Source: Deferribacterales bacterium (GTDB lineage: Bacteria; Chrysiogenota; Deferribacteres; Deferribacterales; Geovibrionaceae). Taken from it: a DNA stretch of 15,305 nt. The stretch covers positions 1-15,305 of the forward strand of contig JBFWJG010000052.1 in assembly GCA_050253335.1 (NCBI GenBank), written 5' to 3'. Positions 8,779 to 15,305 of the stretch are shown one piece after another. The notes below the pieces were generated by a model. It searched no databases, was not told where the DNA came from, and saw only the letters and a program-made list of their open reading frames with translations. How positions within the stretch are numbered: the stretch's first letter is position 1; each line of letters opens with the position of its first letter. The position numbers and the translations under genes were made by a program.

Positions 8779-9390
8779 ATGGCTAAACAATACGGATTTT
8801 ATGTAGATACAAAGCACTGTACCGGATGCAAGGCGTGCATGAACGCCTGTAAGGACAGACAGGGCCTTCCCGAAGGCACCAAGTTCAGAAAAGTTTTCGA
8901 GTTTGCCGGCGGAAGCTGGCAGAATGCTGATACTGCTGCTTACAAGCCTGATGTATTTGCTTTCTATGCTTCCATGGGCTGCAATCAGTGCGATTCTCCC
9001 GCATGTCTTGATATCTGCCCCGGCAAGGTATACAGCAAGCGCGAGAGCGACGGTGTTGTGACCTACAACCCCTCGACATGCATCTCCTGCTTTGCGTGCA
9101 GAGAAGTATGCCCGTTTAAAGCTCCTTCGTATAACTACGAAAAAGGGCACATGACAAAATGCGTTATGTGTACTGATGAAGGATCGGCAGACGGCGTGCC
9201 TGTTCCCGCATGTGTGAAGGCATGTCCTTCAAGAGTTCTTGATTTCGGCGAAATCGATGCTCTTAAAGCAAAATACGGCAGCGTGCAGTCGATAAGCCCG
9301 TTCCCCGCGGCCACAAAGCCCAATATCGTTTACAAAGCCCACAAAGACGCTGACGGCGGAGTACAGGCCGTTAACATCGAAGAAATCTAA
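8779..9390 (+). CDS. dmsB: DmsB-family 4x[4Fe-4S] electron-transfer subunit
   Basis: QYGFYVD, CTGCKAC..AC, CNQCDSPAC..CP, CISCFAC..CP, KCVMC...PACVKACPSR and a TKPN tail. GGAGG RBS. Confidence 0.95.
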   Translation: MAKQYGFYVDTKHCTGCKACMNACKDRQGLPEGTKFRKVFEFAGGSWQNADTAAYKPDVFAFYASMGCNQCDSPACLDICPGKVYSKRESDGVVTYNPSTCISCFACREVCPFKAPSYNYEKGHMTKCVMCTDEGSADGVPVPACVKACPSRVLDFGEIDALKAKYGSVQSISPFPAATKPNIVYKAHKDADGGVQAVNIEEI

Positions 9391-9399
9391 ATAAACACA

Positions 9400-9448
9400 G
9401 GAGAGGGGGAAACCCCTCTCCGCTTTTAAACCGTCTGACGGTTTTTTT
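9400..9448 (+). terminator. Two inverted repeats between dmsB and the chaperone gene (terminator or mRNA-stabilizing hairpins)
   Basis: GGAGAGGGG-GAAA-CCCCTCTCC (9400-9421) is followed by gctttt, then AAACCGTC-T-GACGGTTT running into a T tract (9428-9448). Confidence 0.65.
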
Positions 9449-9467
9449 CATTTGGAAGGAGAAGTTT

Positions 9468-10148
9468 ATGGATAAGCTGCTTAATAAAGACTGCGAAAAG
9501 GTTTATCAGGATCTTCTGGGAGTCACCATAGCTCACAGTTTTATGAATAAGCTGTTTATTGAGGCGCCCACGAAAGAATTTATCGAGAACCTTAAAATCA
9601 CCCACATTCTGGACAGCGACTGGCCCATGTGCGAAAGCCTTGAGTCCGTTACCGGCCTCGGTATGCTGAAAAGATATCTTGCGGCATATACAGAAAGCAG
9701 CTTCGGTGAGCTCACGGATAACTATAATGCCCTGTTCATAGGCCCGGGCGCTCTGCTCGCACCGCCATGGGAATCTGTTTACACAGAGCAGGACAAGACG
9801 CTTTTCGGTAAATCAACCCTTGATGTAAGGGAAATGTACAGAAAAAACGGTCTCCAGATAAACAAGCTCCACAAAGAGCCCGATGATCACATATCTTATG
9901 AATGTGCTTATATCAACTTTCTTTCCCTGAAGGCAATTGAGGCTTTCGAGAAGGAAGAGAGCGAAAAGTGCTGTGCTCTTCTTGAGGATATGCGCCTTTT
10001 TTACGGCCTTCACATGACGAAGTGGGTGATCGAGTTTGCCGATAAGGTGATCGATAACTCTGGAACAGAATTTTACAAAGGAGCGGGATGGCTTCTGAAG
10101 GGCATGATCAAGGAAACATCTTTACTGCTTAATAATATTGACAATTAA
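9468..10148 (+). CDS. dmsD: TorD/DmsD-family redox enzyme maturation chaperone
   Basis: Motifs LFIGPG..APPWESVY and EPDDHISYE, plus 'H..W...F' and FY. AAGGAG RBS. Confidence 0.92.
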   Translation: MDKLLNKDCEKVYQDLLGVTIAHSFMNKLFIEAPTKEFIENLKITHILDSDWPMCESLESVTGLGMLKRYLAAYTESSFGELTDNYNALFIGPGALLAPPWESVYTEQDKTLFGKSTLDVREMYRKNGLQINKLHKEPDDHISYECAYINFLSLKAIEAFEKEESEKCCALLEDMRLFYGLHMTKWVIEFADKVIDNSGTEFYKGAGWLLKGMIKETSLLLNNIDN

Positions 10149-10185
10149 TCAAGACCCCTGTTGGTACCATTAACATATATTTCTT

Positions 10186-10220
10186 TAGAAAAGGCACGCC
10201 TGACCAGCGTGCCTTTTCTA
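10186..10220. terminator. Probable bidirectional intrinsic terminator after dmsD
   Basis: Perfect 14-bp inverted repeat TAGAAAAGGCACGC-ctgacca-GCGTGCCTTTTCTA. Confidence 0.75.
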
Positions 10221-10253
10221 TTTCAGGGGAGCGTTCCGCAAGGCAGCGCATAT

Positions 10254-10287
10254 AAAAAAAGACGGCAGACTTCAAATCTGCCGCCTT
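10254..10287 (-). terminator. Intrinsic terminator of the minus-strand small-peptide transcript
   Basis: The minus strand reads AAGGCGGCAGA-tttgaag-TCTGCCGTCTTTTTTT. The stem has one G-U pair that forms only on this strand, followed by a T7 tract. Confidence 0.8.
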
Positions 10288-10380
10288 CATCTGGTCACTC
10301 CCCTTACATATCTAGGAGTGCGGGCTGCGGGATGGTGATGAAGGGAAAGCCCGGAGGCTTCCCCGAAAATTATCTGAAAG

Positions 10381-10503
10381 TTATTTCATTTCAGTCTGAG
10401 TCTGGTTGTCAGCGGGTTTAGTTTCTTCTTTGTCGCCCGCGAAAGCGGCTACGCTTGTTACAACCATCATGCCGAGTACAAGTACAGTGATAAGTTTTTT
10501 CAT
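10381..10503 (-). CDS. Unannotated 40-aa secreted peptide MKKLITVLVLGMMVVTSVAAFA-GDKEETKPADNQTQTEMK
   Basis: Read manually from ATG 10503-10501 to TAA 10383-10381. RBS GGAGG-aagaa-ATG. Classical Sec signal (MKK, hydrophobic core, AFA site). Has its own promoter and terminator. Confidence 0.82.
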   Translation of the reverse strand: MKKLITVLVLGMMVVTSVAAFAGDKEETKPADNQTQTEMK

Positions 10504-10537
10504 TTCTTCCTCCGAATAAGTTAATTGTATTATATAG

Positions 10538-10554
10538 AGCAGGATATGTGCCAA
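10538..10554 (-). promoter_or_regulatory. Sigma54 (-24/-12) promoter for the small peptide gene
   Basis: The minus strand reads TTGGCACATATCCTGCT, which is GG-N10-GC with a full TGGCAC -24 element. It sits about 35 bp upstream of the ATG, and a sigma54 activator is encoded in the divergent operon. Confidence 0.82.
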
Positions 10555-10630
10555 TTACCGCTAATGTTTATAAGTTCTTGCTGTAGAAGCTTAATATCAA
10601 GCGAATGCGTGTGTCGTGAAACAATCAGGT

Positions 10631-10702
10631 GTATGGATTTACCTTCACTGCTTTTCTGATATTCCTTATTGCAGGGGATTTGGGACGTATGGTAAACCAT
10701 AC
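10631..10702. promoter_or_regulatory. Candidate upstream activator sequences for the sigma54 activator
   Basis: Perfect palindrome GTATGGT-AA-ACCATAC (10687-10702) and a degenerate copy GTATGGATTTACCTTC (10631-10646), roughly 80-150 bp upstream of the -24 element. Confidence 0.5.
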
Positions 10703-10803
10703 AGAGTCCGGAATTGATAAAATCGTTTACCTGCAAATAATTATGGCTAGCGGCAGTGCAAATTGACTGTTGTGCGCACTGTCTCCGTGTGATAAATTAA
10801 ATC

Positions 10804-12246
10804 ATGAAGCTGACAGGCATATTCGGCAGGCTCGCCCTGACAAACCTCATCCTTCTGGTGCTCATTTCTTATTTCATAATCTACGTATTCCACAAAACAG
10901 AGCAGATTCACCGGATTCTTCATGAAGTCACGTCCGTTCATCTCCCTGTTATGGCTGATTCAGACAAGCTGAACACATATGTTCAGAGAATGAACGAGTT
11001 CAGGCTGAAGTATCAGATTACCGGAGACAGGGATTTTCTCGACAGATTCACAGGTTTCAGGAATGAAGCAGCAACAGTGAACGCCCGCCTTGCCGAAACT
11101 GTTATGGGTAAATCAAAATCGGATATTTATGAAAAGGTTGACGAACTATTCTCCGAATTTGAGGATATGTCCGAAGCGCAGATAAACAATATGGAGCATG
11201 ACATTGCCCGGACCAACAGGGAGATTGACGATGCCTCTTTCAGGCTGGCTCAGCAGACAGCGCTTCTTAAAGACACTGCCGATTCCGAGTGGCGCAGCAA
11301 GCTTGAACGCTCCAGCCGAATGGTGGAGAGGGTTCTGCACAGGTCGGTTCTGTTTATGGCTGTCTGCATTCTGGGCGCGGCGGCGGTTGCCTTCTTCAAC
11401 ACGCGCACAATAGCCCGCCCCCTGCGAAAACTGGGCGAAAAGACCAACGAAGTCGCGGCGGGCAGATTCCCCGAGAGGTTCTCCCTCAAGGCTCCCTATG
11501 AGATAGAGAATCTCGCATCTGACTTTAATATAATGATAGCAAGGCTTAAAGAGAGCAGGGAGCAGAAGGAGGAGTTTGTGAGCAATGTTTCCCACGAGCT
11601 TAAAACACCTCTTTCATCCATTAAGGAAGCGGCGCAGATGCTCAGGGAGGGCGCATTTGATAACGAGCCCGAGAGCTCCCGCAGGCTGCTTGAGATAATA
11701 GATGCCGAATCCGAGCGCCTCATAGCCTCCGTGAACGGTATTATTGAAATTTCAAGGCTTGATATAAACGATGCTCCCTACGAAAAGAAAAGATGCAGTG
11801 TGGGGCTGATACTGACGGAGATTGTGAGAAAGACTGCGCCCATTGCATTAAATAAAAAAATAAACGTGACGGTTAATATAGCGGGAGATCTGCCGGATGT
11901 TCACGCGGACGCGGAAATGATAAGCCGTGCGGCGGAAAACCTGATCGGAAACGCGCTGAAATATACTCCGGAAAACGGAACTGTCAGCATCAGTGCGGAA
12001 AAAACAGGTGAACGCCTCCTGCTGGTTTCTGTCAAAGATAACGGAAGGGGAATATCAGAGGCGGATCTTCCACACATATTCGAGCGCTACAGAAGAGGGC
12101 GCAATCAGCAGGGCGATGTCAGGGGAACCGGACTGGGGCTTGCCATCGCAAAGAAGATAATTTCCCGACATGGAGGAGAAATATGGGCAAAAAGCAGACC
12201 GGGGGAAGGAAGCGAATTTCTTTTCACTCTGCCGCTCTCTTTCTGA
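10804..12246 (+). CDS. Sensor histidine kinase, GlrK/QseE-like
   Basis: Two TM helices flank a helical periplasmic domain. HAMP, H-box VSHELKTPLSSI.E, N-box NLIGNALKY, DNGRG and GTGLGLAI. First gene of a kinase-lipoprotein-NtrC triad. Confidence 0.92.
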   Translation: MKLTGIFGRLALTNLILLVLISYFIIYVFHKTEQIHRILHEVTSVHLPVMADSDKLNTYVQRMNEFRLKYQITGDRDFLDRFTGFRNEAATVNARLAETVMGKSKSDIYEKVDELFSEFEDMSEAQINNMEHDIARTNREIDDASFRLAQQTALLKDTADSEWRSKLERSSRMVERVLHRSVLFMAVCILGAAAVAFFNTRTIARPLRKLGEKTNEVAAGRFPERFSLKAPYEIENLASDFNIMIARLKESREQKEEFVSNVSHELKTPLSSIKEAAQMLREGAFDNEPESSRRLLEIIDAESERLIASVNGIIEISRLDINDAPYEKKRCSVGLILTEIVRKTAPIALNKKINVTVNIAGDLPDVHADAEMISRAAENLIGNALKYTPENGTVSISAEKTGERLLLVSVKDNGRGISEADLPHIFERYRRGRNQQGDVRGTGLGLAIAKKIISRHGGEIWAKSRPGEGSEFLFTLPLSF

Positions 12247-12806
12247 TTTTTTCACTGCTCGGCTGTTCGCCCGCGGCAAAGGAGAATGTAGGCGAAAGCT
12301 GTCTGCTTTTTCTGAAACTCGGCGATTATGAAGGAGTTATGACAATGCTCGACAGAGCGGAAGATATAAGGGAAGATGAAAAGCTGTTTATGCGGGTTCT
12401 GGTGGTCTCTGACCCCGGAAGCCCGTATTTCAGTGCGGAGGATGTGAAAGTTTACGCAGACACTCTCACGAACCTTTTTCCTGACAGCCCGTACACGGTG
12501 CAGGCTTCTGTTGTGGCAGGGCTGATGGAGAAATATTCGCAGTCCGCCTCGGAAGCTGAGAATCTGGGAATCAGGCTGAACGGGCTGAATGACAGTCTCA
12601 CGGAAGCGCACACTGAAAACAGCTCTCTGAAAGAGACCGCTGAGGAATATCAGAATATCAGCTCCGAGCTCCGCAGGGAAAACGGAAGGCTCCTTGCTCA
12701 GGAAAGAAAGCTGAGGCATGAGCTTGATGAAATGAAGGCTAGGCTTGAGGCGATCAAGGAGATAGACCTGAAGATCAAGCAGAGCAGGGAAGGCGGGCGT
12801 GACTAG
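12183..12806 (+). CDS. Lipoprotein with C-terminal coiled coil, QseG/YfhG-like accessory protein
   Basis: Basic N-region, hydrophobic core and lipobox LLGC (Cys28). Coiled-coil tail ending RLEAIKEID, similar to the QseG C-terminus. GGAGG RBS at 12172-12176. Located between the kinase and the regulator. Confidence 0.78.
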   Translation: MGKKQTGGRKRISFHSAALFLIFSLLGCSPAAKENVGESCLLFLKLGDYEGVMTMLDRAEDIREDEKLFMRVLVVSDPGSPYFSAEDVKVYADTLTNLFPDSPYTVQASVVAGLMEKYSQSASEAENLGIRLNGLNDSLTEAHTENSSLKETAEEYQNISSELRRENGRLLAQERKLRHELDEMKARLEAIKEIDLKIKQSREGGRD

Positions 12807-14142
12807 GATTCTGGCAGTTGACGATGACCCCAACCTGCTTGAGATAATAAGACTGAGGCTTAAAAGCTCCGGCTTTGAGGTTTTCGCGGCGGACTGCGGC
12901 GAGGCGGCGCTCAGGCTTCTGGAAACAGAAGTGTTTGACGCGGCTGTGCTGGACATGAAGCTGGAAGGCGAGACCGGGCTTGAAGTATTTGAGAATATAA
13001 AAAAGGCTGATCCTGAGCTTCCGGTAATTTTTCTGACAGCATACGGAACAATAGACGAAGCAGTGGAAGCCATGCGCCGCGGCGCATTCGGCTATCTGAC
13101 AAAACCCTTTGACCACAGGGAGCTTGTTATTCAGGTGGAGAAAGCGGTGGAGAAGAACAATCTCTCCCGCGAGAATCTCCGCCTGCGGAGTATGCTCCGT
13201 GAAACGCTCATAGCCGGAAACATCATAGGCCGGAGCGAAAAAATCCGCAGACTCAATGAGCAGATCCTCCTCGCCGCGGGGAGTGACGCCAGTGTGTATA
13301 TTCAGGGGGAGTCAGGCACAGGCAAGGAGCTTGTGGCTAAGATGCTCCACATGAGCAGTGCGCGGAAAGACAGGCCTTTTATAGCCATAAACTCGTCTGC
13401 CATCCCCGAAAGCCTTATGGAGAGCGAGCTTTTCGGCTATGAGAAAGGAGCGTTCACAGGGGCGAACCGCAGGAAAAAGGGCTTCTTTGAGCAGGCGCAG
13501 GAGGGCACGCTGTTTATGGACGAGGTGTCGGAGATGCCCCTGTCCATGCAGGCAAAACTGCTCCGTGTGCTTGAAAACAGGGAGGTTTACCCTCTGGGGA
13601 GCGAGAAGAAGGTCAAGCTTGATATAAGGCTCATCTCCGCCTCCAACAAGGAACTCACAGAGGAGATAAAGAAAGGGGCTTTCAGAGAGGATCTCTTCTA
13701 CCGCATACACGTAATACACCTGCGCATCCCGCCCCTTCGTGAGCGCAGGGAGGATATCCCCCTTCTCGCCGGACATTTTATCAGAATGTATTCGGGCAGA
13801 TACGGCCGCAAGGCGGAGCACCTGTCACCTCAGGCATTTGAGAAACTGATGACATATGACTGGCCGGGCAATGTGCGGGAACTGGAAAACACAATCGAGA
13901 GTGCGGTTGTTCTCACCACAGGCGCGGAGATCGGCGCGGACGCAGTGCGCCTTTCATCGGACACATCTGCACTTCAAAGCTACAAGGAAGCCAAAAGGGA
14001 GTTTGAACAGCGCTATGCCAGAGAGCTTATGGAAATGAGCAAAGGAAATGTCAGCAAGGCTTCCAGAATGGCAGATGTCTACAGGGCGGATCTGTACGAA
14101 CTGCTAAAGAAATACTCAATAGACCCCGAAAGTTTCAGATAA
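12799..14142 (+). CDS. glrR: Sigma54-dependent (NtrC-family) response regulator, GlrR/QseF-like
   Basis: Receiver domain ILAVDDDPNLL. Walker A GESGTGKE, GAFTGA, Walker B LFMDEV, FREDLFYR and WPGNVRELEN. The C-terminal 'YKEAKREFE..Y....KGNVS.A' HTH resembles GlrR. GTG start. Confidence 0.9.
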   Translation: MTRILAVDDDPNLLEIIRLRLKSSGFEVFAADCGEAALRLLETEVFDAAVLDMKLEGETGLEVFENIKKADPELPVIFLTAYGTIDEAVEAMRRGAFGYLTKPFDHRELVIQVEKAVEKNNLSRENLRLRSMLRETLIAGNIIGRSEKIRRLNEQILLAAGSDASVYIQGESGTGKELVAKMLHMSSARKDRPFIAINSSAIPESLMESELFGYEKGAFTGANRRKKGFFEQAQEGTLFMDEVSEMPLSMQAKLLRVLENREVYPLGSEKKVKLDIRLISASNKELTEEIKKGAFREDLFYRIHVIHLRIPPLRERREDIPLLAGHFIRMYSGRYGRKAEHLSPQAFEKLMTYDWPGNVRELENTIESAVVLTTGAEIGADAVRLSSDTSALQSYKEAKREFEQRYARELMEMSKGNVSKASRMADVYRADLYELLKKYSIDPESFR

Positions 14143-14977
14143 GCGAAACCATCCTGTCCACAATGAGCAGCAGAAAAAACGAGGCAATGGATATGTTCAG
14201 TATCATAAATGCCTTATCGGTATCAGCGCGATACCTTAGAAAGAGAATATATGTGACTGCGGCGAAAACGGCGTGGATGAAGTAAACAGGCTTGTTCAGA
14301 TAAATCCCCGCCGGAATGGCGAAAAAGAGGGATGTCGCATAACCGGACATCCACACATTTATGAATTTCCGTGTTTTCAGTTCCCCGAATGTCCCCGTGA
14401 GAGTTTTGAAGCCCGCCTTTGCGTAATCCTCGGCGTATTTGAAGGATAAAAGCGCAAAATGAGGTGTCTGCCAGATGTAGAGTATGCCCGCAACAACAAA
14501 TATCCGCATGTCAGAAGGGCTTCCCCCTGCGGCAAAAAAGCCGATTAAGGGGGGCAGAGCGCCGGAGAAGGAGCCTGTCATGAGGGCGAAGGGTGTCTGC
14601 TTTTTCATCGGGGTGTAGAGAAAGTTATATACAAAAACCGCGGCGGCGCCGGAGGCGAAGAGAGGGATATTCTTCATGCGGAGAATGAGCGTGAACGCCA
14701 CGGCAAGGATGATCGTGGCGGACATCAGCGCCTCCTCCGGTTTTATCCTGCCTGAGGGGAGCGGACGGTTTTTTGTACGCTCCATGAGCGCATCTTCTCT
14801 CCGTTCCTGCCACTGGTTCAGGGCGGAACAGCCCGCCGCAAGGAGAACCGCCGCAAGGATTCCTAGAAGATGTTTTTCTCCTATGACCGGAGAAAAAAGG
14901 CAGGCCCCCGCAAAAGCGGAAAGGCCTACCAGCAAAGTAACTTTAATTCTTATAAGTTTCAGATAATCAGTGTTCAT
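14135..14977 (-). CDS. ctaB: Protoheme IX farnesyltransferase (heme O synthase, CtaB/CyoE)
   Basis: Motifs ALNQ..E...D.LMERTKNRPLPSGR, YTPMK, GALPPLIG, WQTPHF and DYAKAG. Multiple TM segments. Confidence 0.95.
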   Translation of the reverse strand: MNTDYLKLIRIKVTLLVGLSAFAGACLFSPVIGEKHLLGILAAVLLAAGCSALNQWQERREDALMERTKNRPLPSGRIKPEEALMSATIILAVAFTLILRMKNIPLFASGAAAVFVYNFLYTPMKKQTPFALMTGSFSGALPPLIGFFAAGGSPSDMRIFVVAGILYIWQTPHFALLSFKYAEDYAKAGFKTLTGTFGELKTRKFINVWMSGYATSLFFAIPAGIYLNKPVYFIHAVFAAVTYILFLRYRADTDKAFMILNISIASFFLLLIVDRMVSLI

Positions 14978-15305
14978 TCATCCTTCAGTGTGCTGAAAAA
15001 TTCGATGAGCGCTTTCATGTCCTCATCGCTGAGTTCATAGGAGGGCATCATTCCGCCGTCGTAGCCGTCCACGATATAATCATCCGGATTCTTAATTGAG
15101 TCAATGATATATCTTATGTCAGCGATTACTTCGATCTTCTTGCCCATATGCTCCGCGGTGAGCTTTCTGTCCATCATGTTTTTGAAGCTAGGGCCGACTA
15201 TCTCGCTTCCGTCTGTGGAGTGACAGCCGAGACAGCCCTCATTTTCGGCAACCTTAGCACCCGCCGCCCCTTTCTTCTCCATGACCATGCCGCCCTTGAA
15301 GAAGC
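14974..15305 (-). CDS. c-type cytochrome domain of the type fused to caa3 oxidase subunit II (likely partial at the window edge)
   Basis: GCLGCHSTDGS..VGPSFK, 'YI..SI.NP...IV.GY' and distal Met in MMPSY. The frame stays open to the window end, and the gene overlaps ctaB by 4 nt (ATGA). Confidence 0.8.
   Translation of the reverse strand, partial: FFKGGMVMEKKGAAGAKVAENEGCLGCHSTDGSEIVGPSFKNMMDRKLTAEHMGKKIEVIADIRYIIDSIKNPDDYIVDGYDGGMMPSYELSDEDMKALIEFFSTLKDE

Noticed and set aside
10161..10421. 86-aa plus-strand ORF after dmsD
   Set aside because: TTG start with no RBS. It runs through two terminator hairpins and overlaps the better-supported minus-strand peptide gene.
10530..10941. Minus-strand ORFs 10530..10736 and 10747..10941
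   Set aside because: They cover the sigma54 promoter/enhancer region or the kinase start and show no protein-like features.
14833..14860. Short direct repeat CCGCCGCAAGGA in ctaB
   Set aside because: Only two copies, explained by repeated LAA codons in a TM helix. Not a CRISPR or mobile-element repeat.

Overview
Chromosomal window from an anaerobically respiring Gram-negative bacterium. The gene style suggests Deferribacterota, but that is an unverified impression. From left to right it holds a secreted isochorismatase-fold protein lacking the catalytic Cys (-), then an OmpR-family two-component pair. Next is an S-/N-oxide respiration cluster: a Tat-exported TorA/DorA/BisC-type molybdoenzyme, a monoheme cytochrome c, a DmsA-like Tat-lipoprotein, DmsB and a TorD/DmsD chaperone, with no DmsC/TorC membrane anchor. 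A GlrK(QseE)-QseG-GlrR(QseF)-like sigma54 system follows, then the end of a heme-copper oxidase cluster (heme O synthase and a c-type cytochrome domain, -). The most notable item is absent from the ORF track: a 40-aa secreted peptide gene (10381..10503, -). It has a strong RBS, a GG-N10-GC sigma54 promoter, candidate enhancer palindromes and a structured 3' trailer with a terminator. It is divergent from the GlrK-QseG-GlrR-like operon, which probably controls it. A shared TTTAC-N6-TTTAC-N8-TGTTAA motif precedes both the OmpR-family operon and dmsA. No mobile elements, CRISPR arrays, tRNA or rRNA were seen.
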